DNA of 64,000 nucleotides from Candidatus Eiseniibacteriota bacterium (GTDB lineage Bacteria > Eisenbacteria > RBG-16-71-46 > CAVPCR01), in NCBI GenBank assembly GCA_963823555.1, contig CAWGMA010000001.1, forward strand, positions 1,792,001-1,856,000, read 5' to 3'. Both the position numbers and the translations under genes were made by a program. Below, in pieces: positions 41,359-50,095 of this stretch (positions within the stretch are counted from its first letter, which is position 1; every line of letters starts with the position of its first letter). A model generated the notes under the pieces. That model ran no database searches. It saw only the letters and a list, made by a program, of their open reading frames with translations, and had not been told where the DNA came from.

Positions 41359-43068
41359 ATGCGTCGGATCGTCGGCAGCCGTCAACCACTCGCTGTTCCC
41401 TTGCTGGCGGTGCTGCTTGAGCTGCTGGGAACCGGGCCCGGACTGCACCGCTCAGCCAGCGCCTCGCCGATCGAGAACACTCCATCGTGGAGCCTGTTGG
41501 GCCAGCAGGCTGCTCACTTCGGATTCTCCGTGGCCGGGGCCGGCGATGTCAACGGCGATGGGTTCGCCGACTTCCTCGTCGGAGCCGACCTCTACGACAA
41601 CGGGCAGTCCGATGAAGGCGGCGCCTGGCTCTACCACGGTGGCGAGGCCGGCGCCGACACCACGGCCGACTGGACCGGCGAGGGCAACAGCGCGAACGCG
41701 TATTTCGGCTACGCCGTCGCCGGGGCCGGGGATGTCAACGATGACGGCTTTGCCGACGTGCTGATCGGAATCCCCGGTCAGAACCGCGCGCGCGTGTACC
41801 TGGGCGGACCCGGCGGACTCTCGTCCTCACCCGCCTGGACCGCGAACGGTTCGGGCTCCTTCGGACTCGCCGTCGCCGGCGCGGGCGACATCAACGGGGA
41901 TGGCTTCGATGACGTGGTCATCGGCGCCCTCAATGACTCGAACGGTCAGGTCGGCGAGGGCCGAGCCTTCGTCTATCACGGGTCGGCCGCGGGGCTCGGC
42001 ACCGTCCCGGCGTGGACCGGCGAGGGGGAACAGGCGGGAGCCCGTTTCGGCTTCTCCGTGGGCTCCGCCGGAGATGTCAACGGCGACGGATTCGCCGACG
42101 TCGTGATCGGCGCTGCCGAGTACACCCATGGCGAGGTCGACGAGGGGCGCGCTTTCGTCTTCCACGGGTCGCCGACGGGGCTCGGTCCGATCGCGGCATG
42201 GACCGCCGAGAGCGACCAGCCCGATACCTACTTCGGCTTCTCCGTGGGCTCCGCCGGCGATGTGAACGGAGACGGCTTTGGCGATGTGATCGTGGGCGCC
42301 ACTTGGTTCGATGCCGGCACCGCCCCCGATGACGGCCAGGCCTACGTCTACCTGGGATCCGCCACCGGTCTTGCACTCGCCCCCGCCTGGACGATCTCCG
42401 GCCGCCATGAAGAGCTCGGCTTCTCGGTAGGCACCGCGGGCGACGTCAACGGCGACGGCTACGCCGACGTCATCGTTGGCTCTCCGCATCACGAGGATCC
42501 TGACTACGCGGAGGGCGCCGCGTTCGTCTTCCTCGGATCCGCCTCCGGGCTCTCACCGGCCGCCGACTGGTCGGCTCAAGGCAACATGCCCGAACCGCAC
42601 TTCGGGCAAGCGGTGGCCGGAGCCGGGGACGTGAACGGCGACGGCGCGGACGACGTCGTGATCGGTGCGCCCTTCTCGCACTGCCCATTGCCACCACCAT
42701 GGCCGCCCTGCGGGCCCGTTCCCGGTTACGCCGTCGTGCACCAGGGCATCCGCGCCGCGGCCGCAGCTCCTGGCGAATCCCCGCCTGCTGCGTTGCTCCA
42801 GCTCGCCGTTGAACCCAACCCGACGGCCGGCCCCACATCCATCCGCTATACAATGGCCACGCCTGGCGTCGTCGAACTCCGGGCCTACGACTCCCAGGGA
42901 CGAGCGGTGGCGACCTTGATCCGGAACCCCGTGGGGGCGGGGAACCATGATCTGCTCTGGAGCGGAAGCAACGATCACGGGCGCCCGCTTGCCTCGGGCA
43001 CCTATTTTCTGCGGATCACGGTCGAGGGCAGGGACACCCTCGCAAGGAAGATCGTTATCGTCCACTGA
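41359..43068 (+). CDS. Secreted FG-GAP/integrin-alpha repeat protein with FlgD/T9SS-type CTD
   Basis: Seven FG.SVAGAGDVNGDGFAD..VGA repeats and CTD EPNPTAG...ASGTYF...RKIVIVH. AGGAGG RBS. Confidence 0.92.
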   Translation: MRRIVGSRQPLAVPLLAVLLELLGTGPGLHRSASASPIENTPSWSLLGQQAAHFGFSVAGAGDVNGDGFADFLVGADLYDNGQSDEGGAWLYHGGEAGADTTADWTGEGNSANAYFGYAVAGAGDVNDDGFADVLIGIPGQNRARVYLGGPGGLSSSPAWTANGSGSFGLAVAGAGDINGDGFDDVVIGALNDSNGQVGEGRAFVYHGSAAGLGTVPAWTGEGEQAGARFGFSVGSAGDVNGDGFADVVIGAAEYTHGEVDEGRAFVFHGSPTGLGPIAAWTAESDQPDTYFGFSVGSAGDVNGDGFGDVIVGATWFDAGTAPDDGQAYVYLGSATGLALAPAWTISGRHEELGFSVGTAGDVNGDGYADVIVGSPHHEDPDYAEGAAFVFLGSASGLSPAADWSAQGNMPEPHFGQAVAGAGDVNGDGADDVVIGAPFSHCPLPPPWPPCGPVPGYAVVHQGIRAAAAAPGESPPAALLQLAVEPNPTAGPTSIRYTMATPGVVELRAYDSQGRAVATLIRNPVGAGNHDLLWSGSNDHGRPLASGTYFLRITVEGRDTLARKIVIVH

Positions 43069-43077
43069 GGAGGAGCC

Positions 43078-44607
43078 TCAGCGCTGCTCCACCTTGCGCC
43101 GGGCCCAGCTCCCGAAGTTCAGGCGGTGCTTGCGTTCGATGGCCCGGCGGTAGGCCTCTACGTACTGCCGCGCCGCGTGCTCCCAGGAGTGGTCGGCAGC
43201 CATGGCGTTGGCCACGATCCGGCGACGCAGGCTCGGATCTGCGAGCACGACGAGCGCGCGATCCACGGCGGCGAGGAGCTCGTCGGCGGAGTAGCCGGCG
43301 AAGACGAACCCGTTCCCTTGCCCCGTGGCGGCGGCGAACTCCTGAACCGTATCGGCAAGGCCGCCGGTGGCCCGCACGACCGGGATCGTGCCGTAGCGCA
43401 AGCTGTACATCTGATTGAGCCCGCACGGCTCGTAGCGCGACGGCATCAAGAACAGATCCGCTCCCGCCTCGATGTGATGGGCCAGCGGCTCGTCGAAGGC
43501 GATGCGCACTGCGACGCGCTCGGGGTCGAGCCGCGCGAGTTCCCGGAAGCGATCCTCGTATTTCCTCTGGCCGGTACCGAGAACGATCAGGGTCACGTCC
43601 CGCGCCATGAGCCCGGGAACGGCCCCGGCGACGAGATCCATGCCCTTCTGATCGACCAGGCGAGATACGACGGCGGCGAGCGGCCGCCCCTCGCGCGCCC
43701 GGGGCAGCCCGAGCCGATCGAGGAGAGCCCGCTTGTTCTCCGCCTTGGGAGCCGGCTCCGCAGCGGAATACGGGAACGGGATCGCCGGATCCCGGCTCGG
43801 ATCCCACGTCGCGACATCGATCCCGTTGAGGATACCGATCAGGTCCTTCTGCCGCTGGCGCAACACACCCTCGAGCCCGAAGCCGAACTCCTCGGTCCAC
43901 TGGATCTCCTGCGCATAGCGCTCGGAGACGGTGGTCACGAGATCCGCGAACATGATCCCGGTCTTCATGAAGTTGACCTTCCCCCAGAACTCGAAAGGAC
44001 TCAGGGGGAAGAAGGAATCGAGCGGTAGCCCCGCGAGCCCGAGCACATCGGGAGGAAAGATCCCCTGGTACCCCAGGTTGTGAATGGCAAAGACGCTCGC
44101 CAGGTTCTTGAGCTGGGAATCCTCGGAGTAGATCGTCTTCAAGAATGCGGGAGCCAGACCGGCCTGGTGATCGTTGGCATGAAGCACATCGCACGACAAG
44201 CGCAACGCGCGCATGGTCTCGATCGCGCCGCGAGCGTAGAAGATGAAGCGGAGGGCGTTGTCCGCGTAGGCCTCGCCGGTGGCCGGATCGGTATAGATCC
44301 CATCGCGATCGTAGAGCTCAGGGCGATCGATGAGATAGATCTCCACCCCGGTGCCCGGCATCCGCCCCTGCCACACCCGACCGGTCATCACCTGGCCGGC
44401 GGTCGGCACCTTGAGCTCGTGCACCACCGTGAACTCGCGCACCAGACTCGGATCGATGGCTCGGTAGCGCGGCAGGAAGACCATGACCCGGTGGCCCAGC
44501 CCGGTGAGCGCCCCGGACAGGTCGCGGACCACATCGCCCAGCCCGCCCACCTTGGCGAAGGGGGCCAGCTCAGCGCTGAGCATCGAGATGGTGAGTGCGT
44601 CCTTCAT
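43078..44607 (-). CDS. glgA: Glycogen synthase
   Basis: KVGGLGDV, HANDHQ, IHNLGYQG, GILNGID, SRLVDQKG and PSRYEPCGLNQ motifs. Confidence 0.95.
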   Translation of the reverse strand: MKDALTISMLSAELAPFAKVGGLGDVVRDLSGALTGLGHRVMVFLPRYRAIDPSLVREFTVVHELKVPTAGQVMTGRVWQGRMPGTGVEIYLIDRPELYDRDGIYTDPATGEAYADNALRFIFYARGAIETMRALRLSCDVLHANDHQAGLAPAFLKTIYSEDSQLKNLASVFAIHNLGYQGIFPPDVLGLAGLPLDSFFPLSPFEFWGKVNFMKTGIMFADLVTTVSERYAQEIQWTEEFGFGLEGVLRQRQKDLIGILNGIDVATWDPSRDPAIPFPYSAAEPAPKAENKRALLDRLGLPRAREGRPLAAVVSRLVDQKGMDLVAGAVPGLMARDVTLIVLGTGQRKYEDRFRELARLDPERVAVRIAFDEPLAHHIEAGADLFLMPSRYEPCGLNQMYSLRYGTIPVVRATGGLADTVQEFAAATGQGNGFVFAGYSADELLAAVDRALVVLADPSLRRRIVANAMAADHSWEHAARQYVEAYRRAIERKHRLNFGSWARRKVEQR

Positions 44608-45616
44608 TCTCGGTTTCCTGGGCCTCGATCTCGCGCAGGTACTCGGCGGCTTCCTCCGGCGGGGTCGGATTGATATGGAAGCCCGTCCCCCACTCGAACC
44701 CGGCCACCTTGGTCAACTTCGGCATGATCTCGAAGTGCCAGTGGAAGTGATCGAGGTGCGACTGATTGGTCGGACTGGTGTGCAGGATGAAGTTGTAGGG
44801 CGGATGGTTCAGAGCTCGACCGATGCGATTGAGCGTGAGCTTGAGGATGGATGAAAGCTGTCCCAGGTGCCCGGGATCGGATTCCTCGAAATGCGAGGCG
44901 TGGCGTTTGGGCAGGAGCCATGTCTCGAAGGCGAAGCGCGAGGCGAAGGGCGCAAAGGCCACGAACTCGTCGTTTTCCGCCACGATCCGCCGGCCGTCGC
45001 CGCGTTCCTGGGCGATCATGTCGCAGAAGATGCAGCGTTCCTTGAGCTGGTAGTGCCCCAGAGAACCGTCGATCTCTTCCTGCACCCGCTTCGGCACGAT
45101 CGGGGTCGCGATGATCTGGGTGTGCCCGTGCTCCAGGGTGGCGCCGGCCGCCTCGCCGAGGTTCTTGAACAGCATCAGATAGCGGAAGCGGCGGTCCCGC
45201 TTGAGATCGATCATCCGCTCGCGATAGGCGCGCAGCACCAGTTCGATGCTGGTGGCCGGCAGTTCCGACAGCTCCCGCTCGTGGTCCGGGGTCTCGATGA
45301 TGACCTCGTGCGCACCGATCCCGTTCATCTTGTCGTAGAGACCTTCAGCGCGACGGTCCATGTCGCCTTCGATCTGCAGCGCCGGGAACTTGTTGGGCAC
45401 CACGCGGACCGCCCAGCCCGGCCCGTCCGGACGCGCGCCGGCGTCGCGGAAGGCCAGGACCTCCGGCGGCGTCTTGTCCTCGTTGCCCGGACAGAACGGG
45501 CAGAAACTCGGACGGCGGAGGATGTTCCGATCCGTGAAGTCGGTCGGCCGCTTGCCGCGCTCGGTCGAGATGATGACCCACCGCCCGATGATCGGGTCCT
45601 TGCGTAGCTCGGGCAT
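44570..45616 (-). CDS. galT: GalT-family hexose-1-phosphate nucleotidylyltransferase
   Basis: ELRKDP, RGKRP, CPFCPGNE, VVPNKFPAL, HEVIIE, LEHGHTQ (HxHxQ) and AGFEWGTG motifs. Confidence 0.9.
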   Translation of the reverse strand: MPELRKDPIIGRWVIISTERGKRPTDFTDRNILRRPSFCPFCPGNEDKTPPEVLAFRDAGARPDGPGWAVRVVPNKFPALQIEGDMDRRAEGLYDKMNGIGAHEVIIETPDHERELSELPATSIELVLRAYRERMIDLKRDRRFRYLMLFKNLGEAAGATLEHGHTQIIATPIVPKRVQEEIDGSLGHYQLKERCIFCDMIAQERGDGRRIVAENDEFVAFAPFASRFAFETWLLPKRHASHFEESDPGHLGQLSSILKLTLNRIGRALNHPPYNFILHTSPTNQSHLDHFHWHFEIMPKLTKVAGFEWGTGFHINPTPPEEAAEYLREIEAQETENEGRTHHLDAQR

Positions 45617-45703
45617 GTCGTGCCTTCCCCGGGAGCGTCGAGGGCTCTGAGCAGGCCGCCTCGACGGGTGCGCGCGCCGAAGAGCGCGCCAGGTTGCTCG
45701 GAC

Positions 45704-46258
45704 TCAGCGCACTTGCACAGAAGACTCGACGACCCAGGGTCCGTCGTAGCCCTGGGTGATGGCCCTGTCCTTGAGCGCGTCGGCCTCGGTCCGCGTGATG
45801 CAATCCCCCACCCGGACCTTGTAGAGCGGCGACTCGTACTCGATGTAGACCGGCTCGCCGAAACGCGAGCGGGCCGCCGCCGCCACCTCACGCGCTCGCG
45901 CCTCCTCCGAGCTGGCGAAGATCTGCACCCGGTACCCGGGTGTGGTGCCGGTGCTGAGCGACCCGCTCGCGGGAGTCGCCCCGGCCGGAGCCGGCGTGGT
46001 CCACCCCTCGCCGGCATCGACGGCGCCCGCCGCCGGGGGCGGGTCGGGTGGGGGTGGCGCCGGGGCCTGACTGAGATCAGCCGCGGTGGCCCCGCTCGGG
46101 GGCGGTGGCGCGGGCGACTCCGGGGAAACCGGAGCCGGGCTCGGCGCGGTGACCGGCGGCGCCTCGGCGGCAGCCGGCGCGGGGGGCGGCGAGCTCGCGC
46201 ACGCGGGAAGGAAGAGGACCAGGAAGAGGAGACCCGCCCACTTCAGGCGAGGGATCAT
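45704..46258 (-). CDS. SPOR-domain lipoprotein
   Basis: Lipobox FLPAC, Pro/Ala linker, GYRVQIFA...YKVRVG. Confidence 0.88.
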   Translation of the reverse strand: MIPRLKWAGLLFLVLFLPACASSPPPAPAAAEAPPVTAPSPAPVSPESPAPPPPSGATAADLSQAPAPPPPDPPPAAGAVDAGEGWTTPAPAGATPASGSLSTGTTPGYRVQIFASSEEARAREVAAAARSRFGEPVYIEYESPLYKVRVGDCITRTEADALKDRAITQGYDGPWVVESSVQVR

Positions 46259-46367
46259 GAACCACCTCCGGCGGATCCTCATCCTGGATCCGCAAGCACG
46301 GCGGGCGACGGACGCAACACCCGGCCTCCGACATCCGGCCGCGATCGAACACGGAGGCCGCGAGGGC

Positions 46368-46379
46368 TTATAGCACAGG
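46368..46379 (-). promoter_or_regulatory. Extended -10 promoter element
   Basis: CCTGTGCTATAA on the minus strand. An identical 12-mer occurs at 56490-56501. Confidence 0.5.
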
Positions 46380-46435
46380 GAGATGATGCCGGCAACCGGG
46401 CGCGCGCCGTGGAGCGCGGTGGGACGCCGATCGCG

Positions 46436-47578
46436 CTAGACGGGCAACAGCTCGACACCGTCGTGACCCGGCGTGCGCTGGTCCACCACGCGGTCGTACA
46501 CCTTCTCCAGCGAGTCGACGACGCGATCCCAGGAGTAATTGCGGAACACGAGATCCCGGCTCTGGGCCTCGTAGCGGCGCACCAGATCGGGATTCCGGAT
46601 CAAGAGCTCGAGCTTGGCCTTGAGGTCGGCGACATCACGGCTCTTGAACGAAGGTGCCGCGTCGCCCACCACTTCCATGTTCTCGGGGATATCCGAGGTC
46701 AAGACGCAGCGACCGTAGGACAGGCCTTCGAGCAGCGAGATCGACAGCCCCTCGAGGGTGGAAGGTTGCACGATGAAATAGGCATTCGACCACAATTCCT
46801 CGAGCACGTCGCCGTAGACATAGCCCACGAAGTGAATGCGATCGGACTGGTAGCGCTCGAGGTCCTTGACATACTGGTCGGAGAAGCTCGTCCCGCCAGC
46901 AATCACGAGCCGTACGCGCGGATCGACATCGAGCTGACTGAACGCCTCGACGAGGTAGTGAACGCCCTTCTCGGGAACCAGCCGCCCGACGAAGAGAACG
47001 TAGGGATCGCCGGCGAACCCGAAGCTCTGCATCTTTCGTGGGGGCCTGAGCACCGGCACATTGGTGCCGTTGGGGATCACATCGGTATTGATGTGGTACT
47101 TCTCGGTGAAGTAGTGCTGCAAAGTGCGGGAGACGACAATGGTCGAGTGCGGGAAATGCACCGCCGGATACTCGCAGTGCTTGAGGATCCACGCGGCGAA
47201 CAGGCCCCATTTCTCCCGCTCCCAGTCCAGTCCATGAATGGTGACCACGGAACGGCTCCCGCGCAGGCGGGGCATGGCAGCGAACACCGAGGGCCCGAGC
47301 GCGTGAAAATGCACCAGATCGTACTTGTGCCACAGGTAGTCGGCGGCACAGAACAGGCAGTGGCTCGCCGTGTCGAAATGCTTGGTGTTGACCGACGGGT
47401 ACCGCACGAGACGGATGCCGCGGTAGTAGCTCTCCTCGTTGTGCGTGTAATGCCAGCGGCAGTAGACGGTGACGTCATGCCCCTTGGCAGCGAGGCGAGC
47501 GGCGATCTCCTCGACGTGACGCTCGACGCCGCCATAGGTCGCCGGGATCCCCTTCTGTCCGACCATGGCGATCTTCAT
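46436..47578 (-). CDS. GT4 glycosyltransferase
   Basis: GQKGIPATYGGVE, VGRLVPEKG and PSTLEGLSISLLE motifs. Confidence 0.93.
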   Translation of the reverse strand: MKIAMVGQKGIPATYGGVERHVEEIAARLAAKGHDVTVYCRWHYTHNEESYYRGIRLVRYPSVNTKHFDTASHCLFCAADYLWHKYDLVHFHALGPSVFAAMPRLRGSRSVVTIHGLDWEREKWGLFAAWILKHCEYPAVHFPHSTIVVSRTLQHYFTEKYHINTDVIPNGTNVPVLRPPRKMQSFGFAGDPYVLFVGRLVPEKGVHYLVEAFSQLDVDPRVRLVIAGGTSFSDQYVKDLERYQSDRIHFVGYVYGDVLEELWSNAYFIVQPSTLEGLSISLLEGLSYGRCVLTSDIPENMEVVGDAAPSFKSRDVADLKAKLELLIRNPDLVRRYEAQSRDLVFRNYSWDRVVDSLEKVYDRVVDQRTPGHDGVELLPV

Positions 47579-48690
47579 CGCGCGCCCCCCTCCCCCACCG
47601 TAGCGCCGGCACCCTTGAGGCGCGTATAGCGCTCCTTGCCGCGATCATCGAGGTAGATGGGAATGGCACCCTGGCCCGTTCCCGGCGACCGGGCCTCATC
47701 CGGCATCATGGGCGCCGGGGATGGAGCGCCGAAGAGCTTGGCGCGGAGCAACCACAGGAGGGGGGTCCACGGTCGCTGGCGCAAGCCTGGGGTCACCGTG
47801 CAACTCATCCAGCAGTCATGGCAGCGCCGCACATCGGCGAGCAACGCCTCGTTCCGCGCCACGATCTCCTCGTAGCTCTCGGTGAGCAGGTTCCCCATGT
47901 TGTCGCCGCGGGCGTTGCAGGGGAAGACGTCGCCGTGGGGGTCGAGGTAGAAGTGGCTCTCGATCGCGTAGCAGGGCATGCGCCGCTTGCGGCCCGCCAG
48001 TTGATCGATGAGCCCGTCGGTGAACCACGCGCGTACCCATTCCTTGGGCCGCCGGCTCTTGAGCTCCCGATCCCGGATCATGACCAGATCATGAGCGGCC
48101 TGCTCTCGGTCGGGGGTGCTCGTGACCTGGTCCCCGAAGTAGGTCGGCGACGAGTGGGCGACACCCACCACAAACTCGATGCCCAGGCGTCGGGCGAGTT
48201 CCTGAACTCGCGGCACCTCCCCCGGATTGTGCGCCGAGGCAGTGGCCGAGAGCCCGAGATCCGTGACGCCGATCGAGCGCAAGCGCTCGATCGTCTCCAG
48301 ACAGCGATCGTAATTGCCCGGTATGCCGCGAGCGAAGTCGTGAGCCTCCCCGATGCCGTCAACCGAGATGCGAACCGCGGCGTCGGGGATCTCCCGCATC
48401 AGCCGCTCGGTCCGATCGGGCAGGATGCCGTTCGTCGAGATGACGATGCGGGGATGGACCGTCACCTCCCGCATGACACGGACGATCGCCGGAAGATCGT
48501 CGCGCAGGAAAGGCTCCCCGCCCGAGACATTGATGTTCTTGAGACTCCGCGGCAGCCGGCGGTAGTCCTCGGGCTTGAGCTCGTTCTCGGGATGGATCAT
48601 CCAGATGTCGCAGGTCTTGCACCGCGAGTTGCAGCCCATGGTCACGGCGATCACCGCCGAGCGGGGATGATGCGGCAGGCGGTGACTCAT
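47575..48690 (-). CDS. Radical SAM/SPASM protein
   Basis: CNSRCKTC, SGGEPF, STNG, ISVDG, PCYA...GDVFPC...CHDCWMSC. Confidence 0.9.
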   Translation of the reverse strand: MSHRLPHHPRSAVIAVTMGCNSRCKTCDIWMIHPENELKPEDYRRLPRSLKNINVSGGEPFLRDDLPAIVRVMREVTVHPRIVISTNGILPDRTERLMREIPDAAVRISVDGIGEAHDFARGIPGNYDRCLETIERLRSIGVTDLGLSATASAHNPGEVPRVQELARRLGIEFVVGVAHSSPTYFGDQVTSTPDREQAAHDLVMIRDRELKSRRPKEWVRAWFTDGLIDQLAGRKRRMPCYAIESHFYLDPHGDVFPCNARGDNMGNLLTESYEEIVARNEALLADVRRCHDCWMSCTVTPGLRQRPWTPLLWLLRAKLFGAPSPAPMMPDEARSPGTGQGAIPIYLDDRGKERYTRLKGAGATVGEGGAR

Positions 48691-49928
48691 CGCGCCCCTC
48701 CCGAGACCGGGATCGCCAGCGCCCGGACCCGCGGCCGGAGCCCCGCCAGGCGGGCGTAGCTGCGCACGAGTGCGGCACGCGAGTGAGCCCAGGCCAGCGT
48801 CTCCTTGAGCCGGCGCTGGCCGAAACGGCCCATCTCCGCTCGTCGCGCCTCGTCGGCCAGGAGCTCCAGGATGCGATCGCCGAAGTCGGCGGGGTCGTTG
48901 GGCCGGGCATAGGCGGCGGCCCCCGCCGCCGAGTAGCGGGTTTCCTTGAGATCGAAGGCCACGATGGGACGCGCCAGAGCCATGTACTCGAGCACCTTGT
49001 TCATCGTGGACCGATCGTTGAGCGCATTCTGCGGGTCAGGGCTCACGCAAACATCGGCGCTGCAGATGATCCGGGCCACCTCCGCATCCGGGATGCGTCC
49101 CGTGAAGGTGACCAGTTCCTCGAGACCACGGGCCTTGACCAGAGCACGCAGGTCTTCGAAGCTATCACCGGACCCGATGAGGACATAGCTGACGTCGGTG
49201 CGACCGCGCCCCTTCACCGTATGCTCGATCGCGTCGACGAGGACATCCACGCCGTCCTGGGGCGCCATCACGCCCAGATAGGCCACGAGATAGGGCCGCC
49301 CGTTCTTGAGCGCCGGATCGGGCGTGGCGGCACGGAAGCGACGCATGTCGGGAGCGCTGCGGACCACGACGACGCGATCCGGCCGCACTCTCCCGCGCTG
49401 GATGGCCACCTCGCGATAGGATTCGTTGGTGACCAGCACCAGATCGGCGGTGGCATAGGTGAGTCGCTCGAGCGCAAGGAGCCCCCGGTAGAGGAGATTC
49501 GGCTGCCGCTTGAAGCGCGCCAGGTAGACCTCCGGACAGAGGTCATGCTGGTCGTAGACGAAGCGCTTGCCCAGGAGCTTGTAGAGCCAGCCGAGAAGAA
49601 AGAAGGTGTCCGGAGGATTGCAGGCCTGGACCACATCGAACCCTTCCCGCCGGAGCACCTTGACGGAGAGATACGCCGTCATCACCCAGCAGTACAGGAA
49701 CTCCCAGAAGTAGGACAGGTGGCCGCGGGTGGCCCGAGGCGCCGGGTAGCGATAGATCGCCACGCCCTCCAACCGCTCGTAGGGACGGGTGAATTCACCG
49801 CCCGTGGGGCAAATGACCGACACCTGGAAACCGGCCTCGGTCAAGGAGGTCGCTTCCATCCAGACGCGACGGTCGAAGGGGACCGTGAGGTTCTCGACGA
49901 TGATCAGAACACGGGTGCTGGAGGCCAC
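48687..49928 (-). CDS. GT4 glycosyltransferase
   Basis: ENLTVPFDRRVW, NPPD, YDQHDLCPE and MNKVLEYMA motifs. Confidence 0.92.
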   Translation of the reverse strand: MASSTRVLIIVENLTVPFDRRVWMEATSLTEAGFQVSVICPTGGEFTRPYERLEGVAIYRYPAPRATRGHLSYFWEFLYCWVMTAYLSVKVLRREGFDVVQACNPPDTFFLLGWLYKLLGKRFVYDQHDLCPEVYLARFKRQPNLLYRGLLALERLTYATADLVLVTNESYREVAIQRGRVRPDRVVVVRSAPDMRRFRAATPDPALKNGRPYLVAYLGVMAPQDGVDVLVDAIEHTVKGRGRTDVSYVLIGSGDSFEDLRALVKARGLEELVTFTGRIPDAEVARIICSADVCVSPDPQNALNDRSTMNKVLEYMALARPIVAFDLKETRYSAAGAAAYARPNDPADFGDRILELLADEARRAEMGRFGQRRLKETLAWAHSRAALVRSYARLAGLRPRVRALAIPVSGGAR

Positions 49929-50095
49929 GCGCTAGGCTCCACGGTGACCCAGGGCCTGGTGGGCTGATGGCCCTGAGATGGGCGGTACCGCCGGGGGGCG
50001 GTCGATCATGCAAAGCGGAATGCTAGCAAACATCGGGCCGCCTGTCCAGGCGGCGCACCCGGCGAGATTCACTTCCGGAACGGCGAGCGCGGCCA

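Noticed and set aside
41500..42680. Recurring DNA repeat GGCGA(T/C)GT(C/G)AACGGCGA(T/C)GG
   Set aside because: Fully explained by FG-GAP protein repeats, with synonymous variation between copies.
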